From the IMG/VR virus record IMGVR_UViG_3300049063_000008, positions 1-57,692 of that record: 57,692 bases of DNA. One strand, written 5' to 3'. A program made the translations under genes and the position numbers. Below are positions 10,451 through 18,335 of this stretch, piece after piece; within the stretch, counting starts at the first letter, position 1, and every line of letters begins with the position of its first letter. A model generated the notes under the pieces. The model did not search any database, was not told the origin of the DNA, and worked only from the letters and a program-made list of their open reading frames with translations. The DNA is from a virus. Its lineage: Duplodnaviria; Caudoviricetes.

Positions 10451-10968
10451 GTATTCCGCAGTTCCTTTGGGTTGCATTAGCAGGCTCGGGGGCATTCGTA
10501 GCCGAAACTCAATTCAGCCCAACAATTACTTTAGGTTCTATTATCGTAGGCGTAGTCGTAATTGTTGTTTCCGGGCTATTTACAATTAGAAGTAACGTTG
10601 CAAAAATTTGGCGTGAAACGGCCGAAGGAGAAAGAGAAAGAGGCGATCAGTTAGAGCAAAAACTCAAGCAGCAGGAAGAGATACATCTTGAAGAAAAGAA
10701 AGCGTTAAACGATCAAATCATTCGTGAGCGTGAAGAACAGCAGACCATTCGCCACGACATGCGAAATGAGTTAGCAACCATAACGCTACAGTTGGATGCA
10801 GAGAAAGCAAAGCCCGATCTTTCTATGATCCTCGCACAGTCTAAGGAGCAATATGCACAGGCGATGATTGAACTTACCAAGCTAATTGCTGGCGTTACTG
10901 AAAACCAACGAGAGATTCTCAAAACATTGGTAATCATTCAGGAGAGGTTAAACGGTGAGAACCCTTGA
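10447..10968 (+). CDS. Membrane-anchored coiled-coil protein (lysis cassette)
   Basis: N-terminal hydrophobic helices then coiled coil; directly upstream of endolysin. Confidence 0.65.
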   Translation: MSIPQFLWVALAGSGAFVAETQFSPTITLGSIIVGVVVIVVSGLFTIRSNVAKIWRETAEGERERGDQLEQKLKQQEEIHLEEKKALNDQIIREREEQQTIRHDMRNELATITLQLDAEKAKPDLSMILAQSKEQYAQAMIELTKLIAGVTENQREILKTLVIIQERLNGENP

Positions 10969-11713
10969 ACTGACAACACCGCTAATGCGCGGTGAAGATG
11001 TTAAATTGATGCAGGGTGCGCTAAAGCGCAAAGGTTACTACAAAGGCGAGACAGACGGAGTATGGGGCATTTTGTCCTCACAGGCCGCACAGAGGGCAAA
11101 GTATTGGCTAGGCTACAGAAAGCCGGATAAGGTAGCAGGCGATCTTCTACTGGCTTATCTACAGGATCGCAAGAACCCAACGAAGGTCATGGCTTTCTAC
11201 CGCGCTCGTAGATTGCGCCTAAAGGCTAAAGTTCCAATGCGCGTGAAGGCGCTGAACGCTGCAATCGCCCGTATCGGAGAAACAGAGAATCCTCCAAACA
11301 GCAATAGAAGTCCGGCAAGTCTTTGGTACGGGCTAATCGGCGCATGGTGCGCCATGAGCGTAACAAGGAGCTATGTAACAGCAGGGAGCAAAGCATGGAT
11401 CAGAGGGAAGTTTTACGCCTATTGCCCATTCATCTATCACGATGCAATGGGAGGCCGAAACAATCTAACCATCACAACGCATCCACAGCCAGGGGACGTT
11501 GTACTCTACGATTGGGGCAATCCAGACAGACTTGCACGACACGTAGGACTTTTCGAGGGTTGGCTACCGGGAAGCCAAGACCGCTTTACCGCTATTGAGG
11601 GTAATACAGGAGTAGGCAACGATAGCAATGGTGGCAAGCAGATGCGGCGTGGCGAGGGTAACGACATTCGCAGCATGAGCATGGTTCTAGCATTCGTCCA
11701 CGTAGGAGGCTAG
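10955..11713 (+). CDS. Endolysin (peptidoglycan-binding domain + CHAP amidase/peptidase)
   Basis: N-terminal GEDVKLMQ..L...DGVWG; catalytic AWCAMSV, PQPGDVVLYDW, HVG, IEGNT. Confidence 0.9.
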   Translation: MRTLELTTPLMRGEDVKLMQGALKRKGYYKGETDGVWGILSSQAAQRAKYWLGYRKPDKVAGDLLLAYLQDRKNPTKVMAFYRARRLRLKAKVPMRVKALNAAIARIGETENPPNSNRSPASLWYGLIGAWCAMSVTRSYVTAGSKAWIRGKFYAYCPFIYHDAMGGRNNLTITTHPQPGDVVLYDWGNPDRLARHVGLFEGWLPGSQDRFTAIEGNTGVGNDSNGGKQMRRGEGNDIRSMSMVLAFVHVGG

Positions 11714-11714
11714 C

Positions 11715-11786
11715 GTGACCAAATCAGAATGGTTCCTTCTAGGCATTCTTATCTGTCAGATCATTCTACTGATTAGGAGTCTATAA
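11715..11786 (+). CDS. Small transmembrane peptide (23 aa)
   Basis: AGGAGG RBS; MTKSEWFLLGILICQIILLIRSL. Confidence 0.5.
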   Translation: MTKSEWFLLGILICQIILLIRSL

Positions 11787-11950
11787 TGAGTCGTCCCGCA
11801 GAATCAGCAGGAATTGCAACCGCTCTAGCTTTTCTGGCTGCTCGCGCTCTAGGAGTAGATAACGACGATACGATCACAGGACTTGCAATCGTGATTGGTT
11901 TCGTGCCAGCCGCTATTACTTGGCTAGTGGTCTTACTTCGTAAGAAGTGA
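11786..11950 (+). CDS. Putative holin (54 aa, 2 TM helices)
   Basis: AGGAG RBS; MSRPAESAGIATALAFLAARALG...LAIVIGFVPAAITWLVVLLRKK. Confidence 0.65.
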   Translation: MSRPAESAGIATALAFLAARALGVDNDDTITGLAIVIGFVPAAITWLVVLLRKK

Positions 11951-12039
11951 GCAGGTGGGAAGCCATTGGCTTAGTAGTTTGGGTTGTCGTATTCATCGGT
12001 TGTTTCATCTATCTGCTGTATACGGCCGGTACAAAGTAA
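11947..12039 (+). CDS. Small transmembrane peptide (30 aa)
   Basis: GTGA overlap; MSRWEAIGLVVWVVVFIGCFIYLLYTAGTK. Confidence 0.5.
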   Translation: MSRWEAIGLVVWVVVFIGCFIYLLYTAGTK

Positions 12040-12071
12040 TCTAAAGGTTCGCTGCGCCACGCGGCGGAACG

Positions 12072-12109
12072 GAAGCCCCTTGGTTCTCTCCTGCCAGGGG
12101 GCTTCTTTT
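12072..12109 (+). terminator. Intrinsic terminator ending the late operon
   Basis: GAAGCCCCTTGG...CCAGGGGGCTTC then TTTT, at the convergence of + and - gene blocks. Confidence 0.8.
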
Positions 12110-12467
12110 ATGGGAGAGTATAAACACCAAGGCTCTTTCGGACTAACTTCTTTTCGTCAACCATTTTTTGCATAGTATTTCTAACGGACTGGTAGTTACC
12201 GCGACTAATCATGCGAGCAACTTCTGCGGGGCGAAGATCGCCATGTAGCCTAATAAGCGCGGTTATTGCATCTTGCAGCGGAGTACCTCTTTTGCCCGCA
12301 CCACCATTGTAAGGCGATTTTCCTGATACAACACGCTTTCTAGCATACTCAGGCACAGGACAGATATCCCGATTAAAGTCGTCGGCCTCTTTAACTAACA
12401 AAGCGACCCTCTTTACGAAATCGGGATAGAATTTCTCCATGTACTCTCTACTGATTATTTCTTCCAC
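12108..12467 (-). CDS. Hypothetical protein with C-terminal winged-HTH
   Basis: LRPAEVARMI...VRNTMQKMV...GVYTL. Confidence 0.6.
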   Translation of the reverse strand: MEEIISREYMEKFYPDFVKRVALLVKEADDFNRDICPVPEYARKRVVSGKSPYNGGAGKRGTPLQDAITALIRLHGDLRPAEVARMISRGNYQSVRNTMQKMVDEKKLVRKSLGVYTLP

Positions 12468-12637
12468 TCATTCTGGAAAGCTTCAATAGCTGCATCGGCG
12501 CAGCGACCTATTCTCTCGTTATCCCAAACAGAGATGTTCATTGGGTAACGTTCTAGCTCTATTTCCATAGTAACCATGGCTTTATCGCTTTGAACTTCCG
12601 CTTTTTTCACCACACTGAATTCTGTCTGCAACCTCAT
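12455..12637 (-). CDS. Hypothetical protein
   Basis: ATGA overlap with the resolvase stop; starts MRLQTEF. Confidence 0.55.
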   Translation of the reverse strand: MRLQTEFSVVKKAEVQSDKAMVTMEIELERYPMNISVWDNERIGRCADAAIEAFQNEWKK

Positions 12638-13086
12638 TGTACCAACCTCACCTGTGGGGACTTGTTGAACTTGTAACCCGGCCCGAAATAAAACCATTGC
12701 ATGAAGTGACGCATTGCATCCATAGCATGTTCATAATCCACACCGCCGACATAAACACCCGCTTTCTTCATGTTGTTGATCTTGCTGTAGAAGCCAGCTT
12801 TTGCGTAAGCTGCATTTTGCATTCTAAGCTCGATATCGTGCTGCTCGCAGTAAAGCATGACGACGCCGATTAGATGCGCTGACGTGAGAACCAATCCTTG
12901 CGGGCTATTGGGCCTGAACTCGAAATCCTCGCAGATCACCAAGTTTGGTTTCTGTGCTTTTAGGTGAGTAAATAGCTGTCCTGGTGTTAGCTTCCTTTGC
13001 CAAGGTCGCACAACTAACGTGCTATCTGTGATAGTTGCATTTACCAGGCCAGTTGTTCCTCCTGGGTCAATTGCCGTTATGTCCAC
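12634..13086 (-). CDS. RuvC-like Holliday junction resolvase
   Basis: ITAIDPGGTTG, VICEDF and HAMDAMRH RNase H-fold acidic motifs. Confidence 0.8.
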   Translation of the reverse strand: MDITAIDPGGTTGLVNATITDSTLVVRPWQRKLTPGQLFTHLKAQKPNLVICEDFEFRPNSPQGLVLTSAHLIGVVMLYCEQHDIELRMQNAAYAKAGFYSKINNMKKAGVYVGGVDYEHAMDAMRHFMQWFYFGPGYKFNKSPQVRLVQ

Positions 13087-13337
13087 GGAAAGTCCAGCGG
13101 TCGAAATAGTAGACGAGTAAAGTCACGTTCAGCTTCAACTGTAGTTACGCCCCGTTCAATCAGTACACCCTGAATATATCCAAGCCAGCGATTCAACTTA
13201 TTAACAGGATTCTCACGAATCAGGGCTTTAAACTCCGTAATGAAGTCTAGAATGTCTCCATGCTCGATTCCGATCATCTGCTCATAACGTTCTAGACAGA
13301 TTTTTAGGGCTACCCTGTATTCTTGATCTACGTCCAC
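13077..13337 (-). CDS. Hypothetical protein
   Basis: AAGGAG RBS; KLNRWLGYIQGVL...ERDFTR. Confidence 0.7.
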   Translation of the reverse strand: MDVDQEYRVALKICLERYEQMIGIEHGDILDFITEFKALIRENPVNKLNRWLGYIQGVLIERGVTTVEAERDFTRLLFRPLDFPWT

Positions 13338-13510
13338 AATGCTCCTTACTTGAAAAGCCTTGGCTGGTCGATAGTCCAGGGGGCGAGTCAGGGGCAGCCA
13401 CGACCCCCCGATGCGCGTTAGGACTCAATTCCAGCAATCCCTGGGGCAGATCGGCCCCTCGGCCCAGACCGCCACCGCAGGCCGAACCTTGGCTAGTTTG
13501 CGTATTGCCA

Positions 13511-13594
13511 TTAACTGCAAGCTGCTACAAAGAAGATGATCGTAATGGTTAGTGCGGAACACCATACGATCATTGTTAGGAAGCTGTTATACAT
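13511..13594 (-). CDS. Small transmembrane peptide (27 aa)
   Basis: Starts right after the polymerase stop; MYNSFLTMIVWCSALTITIIFFVAACS. Confidence 0.45.
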   Translation of the reverse strand: MYNSFLTMIVWCSALTITIIFFVAACS

Positions 13595-16129
13595 TTACTT
13601 CGCCGTTGCCCATGTTTTACCAACTCCGATATCCGCTTTGAATGGAATAGTCCAGCCGAGGATGTCTTTCGGCTGTGCAATCATAATCTCACGACACACA
13701 GCGGAGTAATCCTCAACGTACCCTTCCTCGACCTGCGCCAGAATACTATCGTGAACCGTAAGACACAACTTTGCCTTCTTAGGGTCAATCTCTCTGTGTA
13801 GCTTAATGCAAGCGTGGAGCGTGAGGTTAGCCGCAATGTTTTGTGGAAGGAAATTGATTGCTTCTCTATAGACGGCGTTCTTGTTTTCCTTCGTAATGAG
13901 ATAGAATCGGCGACGATGCCCAAACGGAGATTCCACAAAGGTATAGTCTCTGTGTTTGTTCTTATGAACCAATTGCTCAATCGATTTCTCCCACTCTCCT
14001 ACTGTAGTGAAAGTTTCCCAGACCCATGAGATATACTTCTGTGCTTCTTCAACAGGGATTTCATGCTTCTCTAGGAATGTTTCCGCTGACTGTCGATAGA
14101 ACACACCGAAGTTCATGTTCTTTGAATTCGATCTTTGTTCTGGCGTGAAGTTCTCGCCATAGAATCTAGCAGCGGTTAGATTATGAAGGTCTTGATCCTT
14201 CTCGTATACCCCGGTTAAGAGTCTATCGCCAGAAAGTGCAGCAATTGTTCGTAGTTCAGCCTGTGAATAGTCCGCCTGGACCAGTAGTGTACCATCAAGA
14301 GCAAAGAACAGTCCTCTAATGTCAGGCAACCCTTCCTTAGTCCTAGTGACGTTTTGCAGATTTGGTCCACGACTTGCCAATCTGCCGGTACTCGTCGCGT
14401 GACGCGGGAGCGACGTGTAGATCCGGAAGTCTGGGTCAACTTCTGCCTCCCTAATCAAGCCGGTTAGATATGTACCGGCCTGTTTTTGTAGCTTCATGTA
14501 TCTGTCATGCTCTTTTGCAATCTGTGAGATAAGAGCGCGTTTGGCTTCTGCATCTTCGGCTGGCTTCTTTACCATCTTACCGTCTTGCATGATAGCCGTG
14601 TGTTCACCGTCAAATGTGAATCTACCGTCTACCATTTCCTTACGTGCAGAAGCATCGACTGAACGCTTCATATCTGGCCGTGATTGCATTTCATGATGTA
14701 CGCCGAATTCATCGTAATACACCACAGCCATTTGCTGATTGCTACCAGGGTTCAACAGTGGTTTCTTAATCAAGATTTGCAACGTCTTGACGATCTGATC
14801 TAGTTCCGGCTGAACCTCCGTCTCCAACATTTCTGCCGCACGATCCACGTCGTATGGCATACCCGTAACTTCCATACTGTGAAGAACATTCTCAGACGCA
14901 AGGAGCGTTTCTTTGTAAGGCTTCTCAAAAACTGAGTCACCCGTAGCTCGCTCTCGTAATAGCTCAAAGAGTTGGAACGTACCGGCGGCATCATAACCGG
15001 CATATTTGTAGAGCGCAAGGTAGTTGATGTTCTCGATCTTTTTGTATTCTTCGGACTCTTCATAATCATCACCGTATTTCTTCTTTAGGTCTTTACACGT
15101 CTTTTCACTTACCAACCGTCCAGTCTTTTTGAACGAGATTACGCTTGAGGGTGTATAGTAGGGCCAACCGAACTCTTCCATCAAGAGATATTCTAGTTCA
15201 TGTACTCCACCGCGCTCATCACATGCCCAACTTAGGAGCATGGTATCTTCATCTACTCTGGCAGAAATCCCATAACTGTGTCGAAGGATCTTTGTGTCGA
15301 ATATACCGTTGTGCCAACAGAAAGATTTATCTCTGGATGCGAAGAAGGGCTGCAAACAATTTTCAATGAAATCGGTATCTTCCCAAAGCCCTTGCCGCTC
15401 TCCGAGGACATAGCTAGATGCTCCATCAACTGCAAATTGAAGGCTAACGAGGGATGCTTTGTGTGATAATCCGCCGCGAGATTCAATATCACAGGCAATA
15501 GTTCCGGTTTTGGTACTAAGATGTTCGATGAGTTTTCTTGCATCGTCTCCGCTTTCGATTAGTGTGACCCGAGGCATTGTAGGCTCAGGTAGTGGATTGA
15601 ATGCCCTACGAAAGTCTTTTACCAGGTTAGGGAATGTGGAATCATCACGCAGTACGAGTGCGGGATTGTTAGTTGCGACAACTGTGCAGCCACTTCTTTC
15701 AAGTCTGTAACCTCGGAAGCTGTCAATTGTACCCTTCCCGATAATACTAGTAACGGCTTCGGCTCCTGCGGCCAAGATGAGATTGACTTCAACTCTATCG
15801 AGTTCCGCTTTAAGACGTGGATTGCACGCTTCAATTGCCTCTTGCGGTACTTTGCCCGACTCTGGCGCACAAAGAACAACATTGCTTACGTACAACTCCT
15901 CTCTCTTTATCCCATTTTGCTTTAGCAGGTAATCTAGAACCTGACCGGATGGACCTGCAAATGGTCGCTTCGCCATAACGTCATGGAAGCCTGGTGATCT
16001 AGAAACAACTGCACCCTTACACTTCCCTGTGGGGAATTGCGAAGGCGCAAAGTCCCGTTTAGCTAGTGGACAGATTTCACACTGAGCTAGAGGATGTTTT
16101 CTAGTAATAGTAGGTTCAGTCGTGGTCAT
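13595..16129 (-). CDS. polA: Family A DNA polymerase with N-terminal family-4 uracil-DNA glycosylase-like domain and 3'-5' exonuclease
   Basis: CxxCPL/RPFAGPSG/NVVLC UDG motifs; DIES, HNGIFD, YAGYD exonuclease motifs; TGRLAS, DYSQAELR, KNMNFG, VHDS polymerase motifs. Confidence 0.95.
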   Translation of the reverse strand: MTTTEPTITRKHPLAQCEICPLAKRDFAPSQFPTGKCKGAVVSRSPGFHDVMAKRPFAGPSGQVLDYLLKQNGIKREELYVSNVVLCAPESGKVPQEAIEACNPRLKAELDRVEVNLILAAGAEAVTSIIGKGTIDSFRGYRLERSGCTVVATNNPALVLRDDSTFPNLVKDFRRAFNPLPEPTMPRVTLIESGDDARKLIEHLSTKTGTIACDIESRGGLSHKASLVSLQFAVDGASSYVLGERQGLWEDTDFIENCLQPFFASRDKSFCWHNGIFDTKILRHSYGISARVDEDTMLLSWACDERGGVHELEYLLMEEFGWPYYTPSSVISFKKTGRLVSEKTCKDLKKKYGDDYEESEEYKKIENINYLALYKYAGYDAAGTFQLFELLRERATGDSVFEKPYKETLLASENVLHSMEVTGMPYDVDRAAEMLETEVQPELDQIVKTLQILIKKPLLNPGSNQQMAVVYYDEFGVHHEMQSRPDMKRSVDASARKEMVDGRFTFDGEHTAIMQDGKMVKKPAEDAEAKRALISQIAKEHDRYMKLQKQAGTYLTGLIREAEVDPDFRIYTSLPRHATSTGRLASRGPNLQNVTRTKEGLPDIRGLFFALDGTLLVQADYSQAELRTIAALSGDRLLTGVYEKDQDLHNLTAARFYGENFTPEQRSNSKNMNFGVFYRQSAETFLEKHEIPVEEAQKYISWVWETFTTVGEWEKSIEQLVHKNKHRDYTFVESPFGHRRRFYLITKENKNAVYREAINFLPQNIAANLTLHACIKLHREIDPKKAKLCLTVHDSILAQVEEGYVEDYSAVCREIMIAQPKDILGWTIPFKADIGVGKTWATAK

Positions 16130-16374
16130 CTGCCTTCAATCCATACTTGTGGCATACTCGCAAGCTGCCATTCACCTTTGTAATCAAGCCACAAATCAAC
16201 CTCGTAGTTATCGACCTTTAAGTATAGTTTGATCTCCAATAGTTCATCTGCTTCAATCGTTAGTACGTAGGGCCGATCACCCGGTAATTCCTGCATTCTT
16301 TCTGCAAGCACCTGACCCAAAGCGATTATCCCGGCCGGAAGCTTATTCTTAAGTTCGATTTCGATTTCGCTCAT
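16126..16374 (-). CDS. Hypothetical protein
   Basis: Coupled ORF. Confidence 0.6.
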   Translation of the reverse strand: MSEIEIELKNKLPAGIIALGQVLAERMQELPGDRPYVLTIEADELLEIKLYLKVDNYEVDLWLDYKGEWQLASMPQVWIEGR

Positions 16375-16492
16375 CTTCTATCTCTTCACAGTTCTGGTGT
16401 ACCCAACCACCATCTTCATCTGGTTCAATCTCATCACCCTCTTCTATCCATTCGCCACAGTCTGTACATTTTGTGCGATAAAGGGCTTTCAT
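16349..16492 (-). CDS. Small Zn-ribbon protein
   Basis: MKALYRTKCTDCGEWIEEGD...WVHQNC. Confidence 0.55.
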   Translation of the reverse strand: MKALYRTKCTDCGEWIEEGDEIEPDEDGGWVHQNCEEIEDERNRNRT

Positions 16493-16631
16493 GGCCGTCT
16501 GTGCATTAGATCGTACAAACCAATTGCCAAAAATGCACATCCTGTAAGAAATACCACAATACCAGAGAATGCATCAATCGGCATAACAAGCGCCGCAAAG
16601 ATCATACAACCCATAAAGCCAACTAGACCAA

Positions 16632-16907
16632 TCATTGTTTTACCCTCAATTCAATTTCTTCGGGAGCAGGATAACGCCATAGGATGGGCTTAGGATCACC
16701 TACTAGATCGAAGTCCCCATTACCTGCAAAACAGTCCCAACCAAAATCTTGTGCTGATTCCCTAACGTGACAACTATTAGTTGTGCAGCTGAGATAATCT
16801 CCACCAGGGCATTTGATTACCATTTCTGCGGTACAACGACGATCGCTATATTTAGCTGTTACTGTATGACCATCATCTATCCACTTAATGGCGTCCATAA
16901 ATAACAC
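16632..16907 (-). CDS. Hypothetical protein
   Basis: ORF in the operon strand. Confidence 0.55.
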   Translation of the reverse strand: MLFMDAIKWIDDGHTVTAKYSDRRCTAEMVIKCPGGDYLSCTTNSCHVRESAQDFGWDCFAGNGDFDLVGDPKPILWRYPAPEEIELRVKQ

Positions 16908-17295
16908 GCTCCAAGTTCGGTTTGAAGAAATTTGGTCCTTTTAGGATTTTACCATCTTCTCTAACGATGGGCTTTCCATCTTCACCTAGCTTACTCATAT
17001 TAGAAGCCTGAACCTCTTGGAAGCAACGATCAAAAGGAATACCAAAACTAACTGCCGTACCCACAACAACATAGACTAGATCGCAAATGGCATCGGCTAG
17101 ATCAATTAGGTTTCCACGGTCCATCGCATCGATCAATTCACTAAATTCTTCTCGATGAAGAGAATCACGTAGCTCCCAAATTTCTGATGTTTCTTGCGTA
17201 CATGATCCAGGGTCAATATCTACTGGCTTATCACTAACTGACAGACCATATGTCGTATGGAATTCTCTTAGAGCTTCTTCAACTGTTTGTGTCAC
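16885..17295 (-). CDS. MazG-like nucleotide pyrophosphohydrolase
   Basis: EEFSEL, DAICDLVYV, EVQASNMSK, REDGKILKGP motifs. Confidence 0.85.
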   Translation of the reverse strand: MTQTVEEALREFHTTYGLSVSDKPVDIDPGSCTQETSEIWELRDSLHREEFSELIDAMDRGNLIDLADAICDLVYVVVGTAVSFGIPFDRCFQEVQASNMSKLGEDGKPIVREDGKILKGPNFFKPNLERVIYGRH

Positions 17296-17506
17296 GAATG
17301 TCCTCCAATCTAGCGATATAGCGATCTAGATACCATCTGGCTTTCTTTAGATCCTCTAGCCTATTGGCTTTACGCTTCTTACCTGCTCGACAGATATACT
17401 TGACGCAATTACCTAGATGGAATCCAAGCTCCCAAGCCTCAATTACTTTGATTGCTTCGTAGACGGTATCGCCACCGTAATGCGACGGGTGATTAATAGT
17501 TTCCAA
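17279..17506 (-). CDS. DUF3310-like phage protein
   Basis: NHPSHY...LGNCVKYICRAGKK...EDLKKARWYL. Confidence 0.85.
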   Translation of the reverse strand: METINHPSHYGGDTVYEAIKVIEAWELGFHLGNCVKYICRAGKKRKANRLEDLKKARWYLDRYIARLEDIRDTNS

Positions 17507-17843
17507 ATGCCCTCAATTGATCGAGATTTTCGCCACTAGGCACTCCCGGTTCGGGTAGTTCACCATACACCTCTACTGTAGTTGCTAGCATACCGATTGC
17601 AGTTGCTACATACTTCATTAGTGCCTGCCTACCACCGGGTGTATCTAGTCCGAGAGTCCATGCCCGATATAGATACATTCCTAGCTGGTTCTCCCAATAG
17701 GAATTAGCAAACGGAACCTGCCTACCGCCAAATTCTCTAACCCTTTCTGCATCTTTCGTTAGATCAAATTTCTTGTAGACATACTGCGTTAGCTCATCAT
17801 CTAGGACTCCCTCGACGTAATCAAGAAATTCTGGCAATTCCAT
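17493..17843 (-). CDS. Hypothetical protein
   Basis: AGGTGA RBS before MELPEF; G.LPEPGVPSG C-terminus. Confidence 0.6.
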   Translation of the reverse strand: MELPEFLDYVEGVLDDELTQYVYKKFDLTKDAERVREFGGRQVPFANSYWENQLGMYLYRAWTLGLDTPGGRQALMKYVATAIGMLATTVEVYGELPEPGVPSGENLDQLRAFGNY

Positions 17844-17922
17844 TACGTCACCTGCAACACAACGAAGATAACGACGCCTACGATGATTGCAACGAGTAGA
17901 TCCCTTTGCCAATAATTGCCCA

Positions 17923-18225
17923 TTAGTGCATCCTTCTCAGGTTGCCGTTCTTGATTGCCTCTAGCCTTGCTGCCGCAATCTGCGGTTCTAGTTCTTTACG
18001 GATTGATTGCATAACTTGAAGTTGATGTTTAGCTAGAGCAAGATCGGCTTCCTCTTGGTCGATAATTTCTTTCTCCAATAGGAGGTTCGTAAGTACATCC
18101 AACTTCATTGCAATGTCGAGCATTCCGCCTACAGGTGTCCAACCACTAGGATCGAGATTGAGTACTCTCCACTTCTCTTCTTCCTTCTCAACATCTGCTC
18201 TTGCTTTTTCTAGCTCACTCGGCAT
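17923..18225 (-). CDS. Hypothetical protein
   Basis: Helical ORF in the operon. Confidence 0.6.
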   Translation of the reverse strand: MPSELEKARADVEKEEEKWRVLNLDPSGWTPVGGMLDIAMKLDVLTNLLLEKEIIDQEEADLALAKHQLQVMQSIRKELEPQIAAARLEAIKNGNLRRMH

Positions 18226-18335
18226 CTGCTAACAACTCCTCATCTGTACGATATTCTGTTTTACCACAGAACTGGCAAACCTTGAATCTTTTGTCATCCT
18301 CATCTTTTACGAACAGGTGCAAGCACGTAGGATTC

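Noticed and set aside
12084-12094. Terminator loop complementary to the RBS region near 175-185
   Set aside because: Only an 11-nt low-complexity match; likely chance
13425-13427. Selenocysteine UGA
   Set aside because: No recognisable SECIS or selenoprotein motif, and the downstream gene has its own RBS
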